DNA of 64,000 bases from Eledone cirrhosa (Eukaryota): NCBI GenBank assembly GCA_964016885.1, contig OZ024740.1, forward strand, positions 37,820,001-37,884,000, read 5' to 3'. Both the position numbers and the translations under genes were made by a program. This document shows, piece by piece, positions 13,701 to 26,259 of this stretch (positions are counted from its first letter, which is position 1; each line of letters opens with the position of its first letter). The notes beneath the pieces were generated by a model. That model did no database searches and was not told the DNA's origin. It saw only the letters and a list, made by a program, of their open reading frames with translations.

Positions 13701-16700
13701 TGGTTTATTAGTTAAAAGACAGTATAGTTTGTGACAATACCTAGGTTTAAACAATGGTCCTATGGTTTATTACGGTAAAAAGACAGTATAGTTTGTGACA
13801 ATACCTAGGTTTTAACAATGGTCCTATGGTTTATTACAGTTAAAAGACAGTATAGTTTGTGACAATACCTGGGTTTAAACAATGGTCCTATGGTTTATTA
13901 TAGTTAAAAGACAGTATAGTTTGTGCCAATACCTAGGTTTAAACAATGGTCCTATGGTTTATTACAGTTAAAAGACAGTATAGTTTGTGACAATACCTAG
14001 GTTTAAACAATGGTCCTATGGTTTATTACAGTTAAAAGACAGTATAGTTTGTGACAATACCTAGGTTTAAACAATGGTCCTATGGTTTATTACAGTTAAA
14101 AGACAGTATAGTTTGTGACAATACCTAGGTGTAAACAATGGTCCTATGGTTTATTACAGTTAAAAGACAGTATAGTTTGTGACAATACCTAGGTTTTAAC
14201 AATGGTCCTATGGTTTATTACAGTTAAAAGACAGTATAGTTTGTGACAATACCTAGGTTTTAACAATGGTCCTATGGTTTATTACAGTTAAAAGACAGTA
14301 TAGTTTGTGACAATACCTAGGTTTTAACGATGGTCCTATGGTTTATTAGTTAAAAGACAGTATAGTTTGTGACAATATCTAGGTTTTAACAATGGTCCTA
14401 TGCTTTATTAGTTAAAAGACAGTATAGTTTGTGACAATACCTAGGTTTTAACAATGGTCCTATGGTTTATTAGTTAAAAGACAGTATAGTGTGTGACAAT
14501 ACCTAGGTTTAAACAATGGTCTTATGGTCTATTACAGTTAAAAGACAGTATAATTTGTGACAATACCTAGGTTTAAACAATGGTCCTGTGGTTTATTACA
14601 GTTAAAAGACAGTATAATGTGTGACAATACATAGGTTTAAACAATGGTCCTATGGTTTATTACGGTAAAAAGACAGTATAGTTTGTGACAATACCTAGGT
14701 TTTAAAATGGTCCTATGGTTTATTAGTTAAAAGACAGTATAGTTTGTGACAATACCTAAGTTTAAACAATGGTCCTATGGTTTATTACAGTTAAAGACAG
14801 TATAGTTTGTGACAATACCTAGGTTTTAACAATGGTCCTATGGTTTATTAGTTAAAAGACAGTATAGTTTGTGACAATACCTAGGTTTAAACAATGGTCC
14901 CATGGTTTATTACAGTTAAAAGACAGTATAGTTTGTGACTATACCTAGGTTTAAACAATGGTCGTATGGTTTATTACAGTTAAAAGACAGTATAGTTTGT
15001 GACAATACCTAGGTTTAAACAATGGTCCTATGGTTTATTACAGTTAAAAGACAGTATAGTTTGTGACAATATCTAGGTTTTAACAATGGTCCTATGGTTT
15101 ATTACAGTTAAAAGACAGTATAGTTTGTGACAATACCTAGGTTTAAACAATGGTCCTATGGTTTATTACTGTTAAAAGACAGTATAGTATGTGACTATAC
15201 CTAGGTTTAAACAATGGTCCTATGGTTTATTACAGTTAAAAGACAGTATAGTGTGTGACAATACCTAGGTTTAAACAATGGTCCTATGGTTTATTACGGT
15301 AAAAAGACAGTATAGTTTGTGACAATACCTAGGTTTAAACAATGGTCCTATGGTTTATTACAGTTCAAAGACAGTATAGATTGTGACAATACCTAGGTTT
15401 AAACAATGGTCCTATGGTTTATTACAGTTAAAAGACAGTATAGTTTGTGACAATACCTAGGTTTAAACAATGGTCCTATGGTTTATTACAGTTAAAAGAC
15501 AGTATAGTTTGTGACAATATCTAGGTTTAAACAATGGTCCTATGGTTTATTATAGTTAAAAGACAGTATAGTTTGTGACAATACCTAGGTTTAAACAATG
15601 GTCCTATGGTTTATTACAGTTAAAAGACAGTATAGTTTGTGACAATACCTAGGTTTAAACAATGGTCCTATGGTTTATTACAGTTAAAAGACAGTAAAGT
15701 TTGTGACAATACCAAGGTTTTAACAATGGTCCTATGGTTTATTACAGTTAAAAGACAGTATAGTTTGTGACAATACCTAGGTTTAAACAATGGTCCTATG
15801 GTTTATTACAGTTAAAAGACAGTATAGTTTGTGACAATACCTAGGTTTAAACAATGGTCCTATGGTTTATTACAGTTAAAAGACAGTATAGTTTGGGACA
15901 ATACCTAGGTTTAAACAATGGTCCTATGGTTTATTACAGTTAAAAGACAGTATAGTTTGTGACAATACCTAGGTTTAAACAATGGTCCTATGGTTTATTA
16001 CAGTTAAAAGACAGTATAGTTTATGACTATACCTAGGTTTAAACAAGGTCCTATGGTTTATTATAGTTAAAAGACAGTATAGTTTGTGACAATATCTAGG
16101 TTTAAACAATGGTCCTATAGTTTATTACAGTTAAAAGACAGTATAGTTTGTGACAATACCTAGGTTTTAACAATGGTCCTATGGTTTATTACAGTTAAAA
16201 GACAGTATAGTTTGTGACAATACCTAGGTTTTAACAATGGTCCTATGGTTTATTAGTTAAAAGACAGTATAGTTTGTGACAATACCCAGGTTTAAACAAT
16301 GGTCCTATGGTTTATTACAGTTAAAAGACAGTATAGTTTGTGACAATACCTAGGTTTAAACAATGGTCCTATGGTTTATTACAGTTAAAAGACAGTATAG
16401 TTTGTGCCAATACCTAGGTTTAAACAATGGTCCTATGGTTTATTACCGTTAAAAGACAGTATAGTTTGTGCCAATACCTAGGTTTAAACAATGGTCCTAT
16501 GGTTTATTACAGTTAAAAGACAGTATAGTTTGTGACAATACCTAGGTTTAAACAATGGTCCTATGGTTTATTACAGTTAAAAGACAGTATAGTTTGTGAC
16601 AATACCTAGGTTTAAACAATGGTCCTATGGTTTATTACAGTTAAAAGACAGTATAGTTTGTGACAATACCTAGGTTTAAACAATGGTCCTATGGTTTATT

Positions 16701-19700
16701 ACAGTTAAAAGACAGTATAGTTTGTGACAATACCTAGGTTTAAACAATGGTCCTATGGTTTATTACAGTTAAAAGACAGTATAGTTTGTGCCAATACGTA
16801 GGTTTAAACAATGGTCCTATGGTTTATTACAGTTAAAAGACAGTATAGTTTGTGCCAATATCTAGGTTTAAACAATGGTCCTATGGTTTATTACAGTTAA
16901 AAGACAGTATAGTTTGTGCCAATACCTAGGTTTAAACAATGGTCCTATGGTTTATTACAGTTAAAAGACAGTATAGTTTGTGACAATACCTAGGTTTAAA
17001 CAATGGTCCTATGGTTTATTACACTTAAAAGACAGTATAGTTTGTGACAATACCTAGGTTTAAACAATGGTCCTATGGTTTATTACAGTTAAAAGACAGT
17101 ATAGTTTGTGACAATACCTAGGTTTAAACAATGGTCGTATGGTTTATTACAGTTAAAAGACAGTATAGTTTGTGCCAATACCTAGGTTTAAACAATGGTC
17201 CTATGGTTTATTACAGTTAAAAGACAGTATAGTTTGTGACAATAACTAGGTTTAAAAAATGGTCCTATGGTTTATTATGGTAAAAAGACAGTATAGTTTG
17301 TGACAATACCTAGGTTTAAACAATGGTCCTATGGTTTATTACAGTTAAAAGACAGTATAGTTTGTGACAATACCTAGGTTTAAACAATGGTCCTATGGTT
17401 TATTACAGTTAAAATACAGTATAGTTTGTGACAATACCTAGGTTTAAACAATGGTCCTATGGTTTATTACAGTTAAAAGACAGCATAGTTTGTGACAATA
17501 CCTAGGTTTAAACAATGGTCCTATGGTTTATTACAGTTAAAAGACAGTATAGTTTGTGACAATACCTAGGTTTTAACAATGGTCCTATGGTTTATTACAG
17601 TTAAAAGACAGTATAGTTTGTGAAAATACCTAGGTTTAAACAATGGTCCTATGGTTTATTACGGTAAAAAGACAGTATAGTTTGTGACAATACCTAGGTT
17701 TAAACAATGGTCCTATGGTTTATTACAGTTAAAAGACAGTATAGTTTGTGACAATACCTAGGTTTAAACAATGGTCCTATGGTTTATTACAGTTAAAAGA
17801 CAGTATAGTTTGTGCCAATATCTAGGTTTAAACAATGGTCCTATGGTTTATTAGTTAAAAGACAGTATAGTTTGTGACAATACCTAGGTTTTAACAATGG
17901 TCCTATGGTTTATTAGTTAAAATACAGTATAGTTTGTGACTATACCTAGGTTTAAACAATGGTCGTATGGTTTATTACAGTTAAAAGACAGTATAGTTTG
18001 TGACAATACCTAGGTTTAAACAATGGTCCTATGGTTTATTACAGTTAAAAGACAGTATAGTGTGTGACAATACCTAGGTTTAAACAATGGTCCTATGGTT
18101 TATTAGTTAAAAGACAGTATAGTTTGTGACAATACCTAGGTTTAAACAATGGTCCTATGGTTTATTACGGTAAAAAGACAGTATAGTTTGTGACAATACC
18201 TAGGTTTTAACAATGGTCCTATGGTTTATTACAGTTAAAAGACAGTATAGTTTGTGACAATACCTGGGTTTAAACAATGGTCCTATGGTTTATTATAGTT
18301 AAAAGACAGTATAGTTTGTGCCAATACCTAGGTTTAAACAATGGTCCTATGGTTTATTACAGTTAAAAGACAGTATAGTTTGTGACAATACCTAGGTTTA
18401 AACAATGGTCCTATGGTTTATTACAGTTAAAAGACAGTATAGTTTGTGACAATACCTAGGTTTAAACAATGGTCCTATGGTTTATTACAGTTAAAAGACA
18501 GTATAGTTTGTGACAATACCTAGGTTTAAACAATGGTCCTATGGTTTATTACAGTTAAAAGACAGTATAGTTTGTGACAATACCTAGGTGTAAACAATGG
18601 TCCTATGGTTTATTACAGTTAAAAGACAGTATAGTTTGTGACAATACCTAGGTTTTAACAATGGTCCTATGGTTTATTACAGTTAAAAGACAGTATAGTT
18701 TGTGACAATACCTAGGTTTTAACAATGGTCCTATGGTTTATTACAGTTAAAAGACAGTATAGTTTGTGACAATACCTAGGTTTTAACGATGGTCCTATGG
18801 TTTATTAGTTAAAAGACAGTATAGTTTGTGACAATATCTAGGTTTTAACAATGGTCCTATGCTTTATTAGTTAAAAGACAGTATAGTTTGTGACAATACC
18901 TAGGTTTTAACAATGGTCCTATGGTTTATTAGTTAAAAGACAGTATAGTGTGTGACAATACCTAGGTTTAAACAATGGTCTTATGGTCTATTACAGTTAA
19001 AAGACAGTATAATTTGTGACAATACCTAGGTTTAAACAATGGTCCTGTGGTTTATTACAGTTAAAAGACAGTATAATGTGTGACAATACATAGGTTTAAA
19101 CAATGGTCCTATGGTTTATTACGGTAAAAAGACAGTATAGTTTGTGACAATACCTAGGTTTTAAAATGGTCCTATGGTTTATTAGTTAAAAGACAGTATA
19201 GTTTGTGACAATACCTAAGTTTAAACAATGGTCCTATGGTTTATTACAGTTAAAGACAGTATAGTTTGTGACAATACCTAGGTTTTAACAATGGTCCTAT
19301 GGTTTATTAGTTAAAAGACAGTATAGTTTGTGACAATACCTAGGTTTAAACAATGGTCCCATGGTTTATTACAGTTAAAAGACAGTATAGTTTGTGACTA
19401 TACCTAGGTTTAAACAATGGTCGTATGGTTTATTACAGTTAAAAGACAGTATAGTTTGTGACAATACCTAGGTTTAAACAATGGTCCTATGGTTTATTAC
19501 AGTTAAAAGACAGTATAGTTTGTGACAATATCTAGGTTTTAACAATGGTCCTATGGTTTATTACAGTTAAAAGACAGTATAGTTTGTGACAATACCTAGG
19601 TTTAAACAATGGTCCTATGGTTTATTACTGTTAAAAGACAGTATAGTATGTGACTATACCTAGGTTTAAACAATGGTCCTATGGTTTATTACAGTTAAAA

Positions 19701-21150
19701 GACAGTATAGTGTGTGACAATACCTAGGTTTAAACAATGGTCCTATGGTTTATTACGGTAAAAAGACAGTATAGTTTGTGACAATACCTAGGTTTAAACA
19801 ATGGTCCTATGGTTTATTACAGTTCAAAGACAGTATAGATTGTGACAATACCTAGGTTTAAACAATGGTCCTATGGTTTATTACAGTTAAAAGACAGTAT
19901 AGTTTGTGACAATACCTAGGTTTAAACAATGGTCCTATGGTTTATTACAGTTAAAAGACAGTATAGTTTGTGACAATATCTAGGTTTAAACAATGGTCCT
20001 ATGGTTTATTATAGTTAAAAGACAGTATAGTTTGTGACAATACCTAGGTTTAAACAATGGTCCTATGGTTTATTACAGTTAAAAGACAGTATAGTTTGTG
20101 ACAATACCTAGGTTTAAACAATGGTCCTATGGTTTATTACAGTTAAAAGACAGTAAAGTTTGTGACAATACCAAGGTTTTAACAATGGTCCTATGGTTTA
20201 TTACAGTTAAAAGACAGTATAGTTTGTGACAATACCTAGGTTTAAACAATGGTCCTATGGTTTATTACAGTTAAAAGACAGTATAGTTTGTGACAATACC
20301 TAGGTTTAAACAATGGTCCTATGGTTTATTACAGTTAAAAGACAGTATAGTTTGGGACAATACCTAGGTTTAAACAATGGTCCTATGGTTTATTACAGTT
20401 AAAAGACAGTATAGTTTGTGACAATACCTAGGTTTAAACAATGGTCCTATGGTTTATTACAGTTAAAAGACAGTATAGTTTATGACTATACCTAGGTTTA
20501 AACAAGGTCCTATGGTTTATTATAGTTAAAAGACAGTATAGTTTGTGACAATATCTAGGTTTAAACAATGGTCCTATAGTTTATTACAGTTAAAAGACAG
20601 TATAGTTTGTGACAATACCTAGGTTTTAACAATGGTCCTATGGTTTATTACAGTTAAAAGACAGTATAGTTTGTGACAATACCTAGGTTTTAACAATGGT
20701 CCTATGGTTTATTAGTTAAAAGACAGTATAGTTTGTGACAATACCCAGGTTTAAACAATGGTCCTATGGTTTATTACAGTTAAAAGACAGTATAGTTTGT
20801 GACAATACCTAGGTTTAAACAATGGTCCTATGGTTTATTACAGTTAAAAGACAGTATAGTTTGTGCCAATACCTAGGTTTAAACAATGGTCCTATGGTTT
20901 ATTACCGTTAAAAGACAGTATAGTTTGTGCCAATACCTAGGTTTAAACAATGGTCCTATGGTTTATTACAGTTAAAAGACAGTATAGTTTGTGACAATAC
21001 CTAGGTTTAAACAATGGTCCTATGGTTTATTACAGTTAAAAGACAGTATAGTTTGTGACAATACCTAGGTTTAAACAATGGTCCTATGGTTTATTACAGT
21101 TAAAAGACAGTATAGTTTGTGACAATACCTAGGTTTAAACAATGGTCCTA
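4800..21150 (+). repeat. Higher-order repeat, 4459-bp unit (70 monomers), about 4 tandem copies, one shortened by whole-monomer deletions
   Basis: TTTTAACGATGG at 6941, 11400, 14326 and 18785 (offsets 4459, 2926, 4459). GACAGCATAG at 5640, 10099, 13089 and 17484 (offsets 4459, 2990, 4395). TACGTAGG at 4951 and 9410 (4459). 4459 = 70x64-21, matching nine 2-bp and three 1-bp deletions counted in the unit. Confidence 0.92.
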
Positions 21151-21869
21151 TGGTTTATTACAGTTAAAAGACAGTATAGTTTGTGCCAATACCTAGGTTT
21201 TAACAATGGTCCTATGGTTTATTACAGTTAAAAGACAGTATAGTTTGTGACAATACCTAGGTTTTAACAATGGTCCTATGGTTTATTAGTTAAAAGACAG
21301 TATAGTTTGTGACAATATCTAGGTTTTAACAATGGTCCTATGCTTTATTAGTTAAAAGACAGTATAGTTTGTGACAATACCTAGGTTTTAACAATGGTCC
21401 TATGGTTTATTAGTTAAAAGACAGTATAGTGTGTGACAATACCTAGGTTTAAACAATGGTCTTATGGTCTATTACAGTTAAAAGACAGTATAATTTGTGA
21501 CAATACCTAGGTTTAAACAATGGTCCTGTGGTTTATTACAGTTAAAAGACAGTATAGTGTGTGACAATACATAGGTTTAAACAATGGTCCTATGGTTTAT
21601 TACGGTAAAAAGACAGTATAGTTTGTGACAATACCTAGGTTTTAACAATGGTCCTATGGTTTATTACAGTTAAAAGACAGTAAAGTTTGTGACAATACCA
21701 AGGTTTTAACAATGGTCCTATGGTTTATTACAGTTAAAAGACAGTATAGTTTGTGACAATACCTAGGTTTAAACAATGGTCCTATGGTTTATTACAGTTA
21801 AAAGACAGTATAGTTTGTGACAATACCTAGGTTTAAACAATGGTCCTATGGTTTATTACAGTTAAAAGA

Positions 21870-24800
21870 CAGTATAGTTTGGGACAATACCTAGGTTTAA
21901 ACAATGGTCCTATGGTTTATTACAGTTAAAAGACAGTATAGTTTGTGACAATACCTAGGTTTAAACAATGGTCCTATGTTTTATTACAGTTAAAAGACAG
22001 TATAGTTTATGACTATACCTAGGTTTAAACAAGGTCCTATGGTTTATTATAGTTAAAAGACAGTATAGTTTGTGACAATATCTAGGTTTAAACAATGGTC
22101 CTATAGTTTATTACAGTTAAAAGACAGTATAGTTTGTGACAATACCTAGGTTTTAACAATGGTCCTATGGTTTATTACAGTTAAAAGACAGTATAGTTTG
22201 TGACAATACCTAGGTTTTAACAATGGTCCTATGGTTTATTAGTTAAAAGACAGTATAGTTTGTGACAATACCTAGGTTTAAACAATGGTCCTATGGTTTA
22301 TTACAGTTAAAAGACAGTATAGTTTGTGACAATACCTAGGTTTAAACAATGGTCCTATGGTTTATTACCGTTAAAAGACAGTATAGTTTGTGCCAATACC
22401 TAGGTTTAAACAATGGTCCTATGGTTTATTACAGTTAAAAGACAGTATAGTTTGTGACAATACCTAGGTTTAAACAATGGTCCTATGGTTTATTACAGTT
22501 AAAAGACAGTATAGTTTGTGACAATACCTAGGTTTAAACAATGGTCCTATGGTTTATTACAGTTAAAAGACAGTATAGTTTGTGACAATACCTAGGTTTA
22601 AACAATGGTCCTATGGTTTATTCGTTAAAAGACAGTATAGTTTGTGACAATACCTAGGTTTAAACAATGGTCCTATGGTTTATTACAGTTAAAAGACAGT
22701 ATAGTTTGTGACAATACCTAGGTTTAAACAATGGTCCTATGGTTTATTACAGTTAAAAGACAGTATAGTTTGTGACAATACCTAGGTTTAAACAATGGTC
22801 CTATGGTTTATTACAGTTAAAAGACAGTATAGTTTGTGCCAATACCTAGGTTTAAACAATGGTCCTATGGTTTATTACCGTTAAAAGACCGTATAGTTTG
22901 TGCCAATACCTAGGTTTAAACAATGGTCCTATGGTTTATTACAGTTAAAAGACAGTATAGTTTGTGACAATACCTAGGTTTAAACAATGGTCCTATGGTT
23001 TATTACAGTTAAAAGACAGTATAGTTTGTGACAATACCTAGGTTTAAACAATGGTCCTATGGTTTATTACAGTTAAAAGACAGTATAGTTTGTGACAATA
23101 CCTAGGTTTTAACAATGGTCCTATGGTTTATTACAGTTAAAAGACAGTATAGTTTGTGACAATACCTAGGTTTTAACAATGGTCCTATGGTTTATTACAG
23201 TTAAAAGACAGTATAGTTTGTGACAATACCTAGGTTTTAACAATGGTCCTATGGTTTATTACAGTTAAAAGACAGTATAGTTTGGGACAATACCTAGGTT
23301 TAAACAATGGTCCTATGGTTTATTACAGTTAAAAGACAGTATAGTTTGTGACAATACCTAGGTTTAAACAATGGTCCTATGGTTTATTACAGTTAAAAGA
23401 CAGTATAGTTTATGACTATACCTAGGTTTAAACAAGGTCCTATGGTTTATTATAGTTAAAAGACAGTATAGTTTGTGACAATATCTAGGTTTAAACAATG
23501 GTCCTATAGTTTATTACAGTTAAAAGACAGTATAGTTTGTGACAATACCTAGGTTTTAACAATGGTCCTATGGTTTATTACAGTTAAAAGACAGTATAGT
23601 TTGTGACAATACCTAGGTTTTAACAATGGTCCTATGGTTTATTAGTTAAAAGACAGTATAGTTTGTGACAATACCCAGGTTTAAACAATGGTCCTATGGT
23701 TTATTACAGTTAAAAGACAGTATAGTTTGTGACAATACCTAGGTTTAAACAATGGTCCTATGGTTTATTACCGTTAAAAGACAGTATAGTTTGTGCCAAT
23801 ACCTAGGTTTAAACAATGGTCCTATGGTTTATTACAGTTAAAAGACAGTATAGTTTGTGACAATACCTAGGTTTAAACAATGGTCCTATGGTTTATTACA
23901 GTTAAAAGACAGTATAGTTTGTGACAATACCTAGGTTTAAACAATGGTCCTATGGTTTATTCGTTAAAAGACAGTATAGTTTGTGACAATACCTAGGTTT
24001 AAACAATGGTCCTATGGTTTATTACAGTTAAAAGACAGTATAGTTTGTGACAATACCTAGGTTTAAACAATGGTCCTATGGTTTATTACAGTTAAAAGAC
24101 AGTATAGTTTGTGACAATACCTAGGTTTAAACAATGGTCCTATGGTTTATTACAGTTAAAAGACAGTATAGTTTGTGCCAATACCTAGGTTTAAACAATG
24201 GTCCTATGGTTTATTACCGTTAAAAGACCGTATAGTTTGTGCCAATACCTAGGTTTAAACAATGGTCCTATGGTTTATTACAGTTAAAAGACAGTATAGT
24301 TTGTGACAATACCTAGGTTTAAACAATGGTCCTATGGTTTATTACAGTTAAAAGACAGTATAGTTTGTGACAATACCTAGGTTTAAACAATGGTCCTATG
24401 GTTTATTACAGTTAAAAGACAGTATAGTTTGTGACAATACCTAGGTTTTAACAATGGTCCTATGGTTTATTACAGTTAAAAGACAGTATAGTTTGTGACA
24501 ATACCTAGGTTTTAACAATGGTCCTATGGTTTATTACAGTTAAAAGACAGTATAGTTTATGACTATACCTAGGTTTAAACAAGGTCCTATGGTTTATTAT
24601 AGTTAAAAGACAGTATAGTTTGTGACAATATCTAGGTTTAAACAATGGTCCTATAGTTTATTACAGTTAAAAGACAGTATAGTTTGTGACAATACCTAGG
24701 TTTTAACAATGGTCCTATGGTTTATTACAGTTAAAAGACAGTATAGTTTGTGACAATACCTAGGTTTTAACAATGGTCCTATGGTTTATTAGTTAAAAGA

Positions 24801-25850
24801 CAGTATAGTTTGTGACAATACCTAGGTTTAAACAATGGTCCTATGGTTTATTACAGTTAAAAGACAGTATAGTTTGTGACAATACCTAGGTTTAAACAAT
24901 GGTCCTATGGTTTATTACCGTTAAAAGACAGTATAGTTTGTGCCAATACCTAGGTTTAAACAATGGTCCTATGGTTTATTACAGTTAAAAGACAGTATAG
25001 TTTGTGACAATACCTAGGTTTAAACAATGGTCCTATGGTTTATTACAGTTAAAAGACAGTATAGTTTGTGACAATATCTAGGTTTAAACAATGGTCCTAT
25101 GGTTTATTACAGTTAAAAGACAGTATAGTTTGTGACAATACCTAGGTTTAAACAATGGTCCTATGGTTTATTACCGTTAAAAGACAGTATAGTTTGTGAC
25201 AATACCTAGGTTTAAACAATGGTCCTATGGTTTATTACAGTTAAAAGACAGTATAGTTTGTGACAATACCTAGGTTTAAACAATGGTCCTATGGTTTATT
25301 ACAGTTAAAAGACAGTATAGTTTGTGACAATACCTAGGTTTAAACAATGGTCCTATGGTTTATTACAGTTAAAAGACAGTATAGTTTGTGACAATACCTA
25401 GGTTTAAACAATGGTCCTATGGTTTATTACAGTTAAAAGACAGTATAGTTTGTGCCAATACCTAGGTTTAAACAATGGTCCTATGGTTTATTACCGTTAA
25501 AAGACCGTATAGTTTGTGCCAATACCTAGGTTTAAACAATGGTCCTATGGTTTATTACAGTTAAAAGACAGTATAGTTTGTGACAATACCTAGGTTTAAA
25601 CAATGGTCCTATGGTTTATTACAGTTAAAAGACAGTATAGTTTGTGACAATACCTAGGTTTAAACAATGGTCCTATGGTTTATTACAGTTAAAAGACAGT
25701 ATAGTTTGTGACAATACCTAGGTTTTAACAATGGTCCTATGGTTTATTACAGTTAAAAGACAGTATAGTTTGTGACAATACCTAGGTTTTAACAATGGTC
25801 CTATGGTTTATTACAGTTAAAAGACAGTATAGTTTGTGACAATACCTAGG
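21870..25850 (+). repeat. Imperfect higher-order repeat, about 1.3-kb unit (20-21 monomers), about 3 copies
   Basis: TTACCGTTAAAAGACCGTAT at 22890, 24229 and 25506 (offsets 1339, 1277). TTATTCGTT at 22623 and 23962 (1339). Each copy also carries the TATGACTA/AACAAGG monomer. Confidence 0.8.
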
Positions 25851-26259
25851 TTTTAACAATGGTCCTATGGTTTATTACAGTTAAAAGACAGTATAGTTTG
25901 TGACAATACCTAGGTTTTAACAATGGTCCTATGGTTTATTACAGTTAAAAGACAGTATAGTTTGTGACAATACCTAGGTTTTAACAATGGTCCTATGGTT
26001 TATTAGTTAAAAGACAGTATAGTTTGTGACAATATCTAGGTTTTAACAATGGTCCTATGGTTTATTAGTTAAAAGACAGTATAGTTTGTGACAATACCTA
26101 GGTTTAAACAATGGTCCTATGGTTTATTACAGTTAAAAGACAGTATAGTTTGTGACAATACCTAGGTTTAAACAATGGTCCTATGGTTTATTACAGTTAA
26201 AAGACAGAATAGTTTGTGACAATACCTAGGTTTAAACAATGGTCCTATGGTTTATTACA

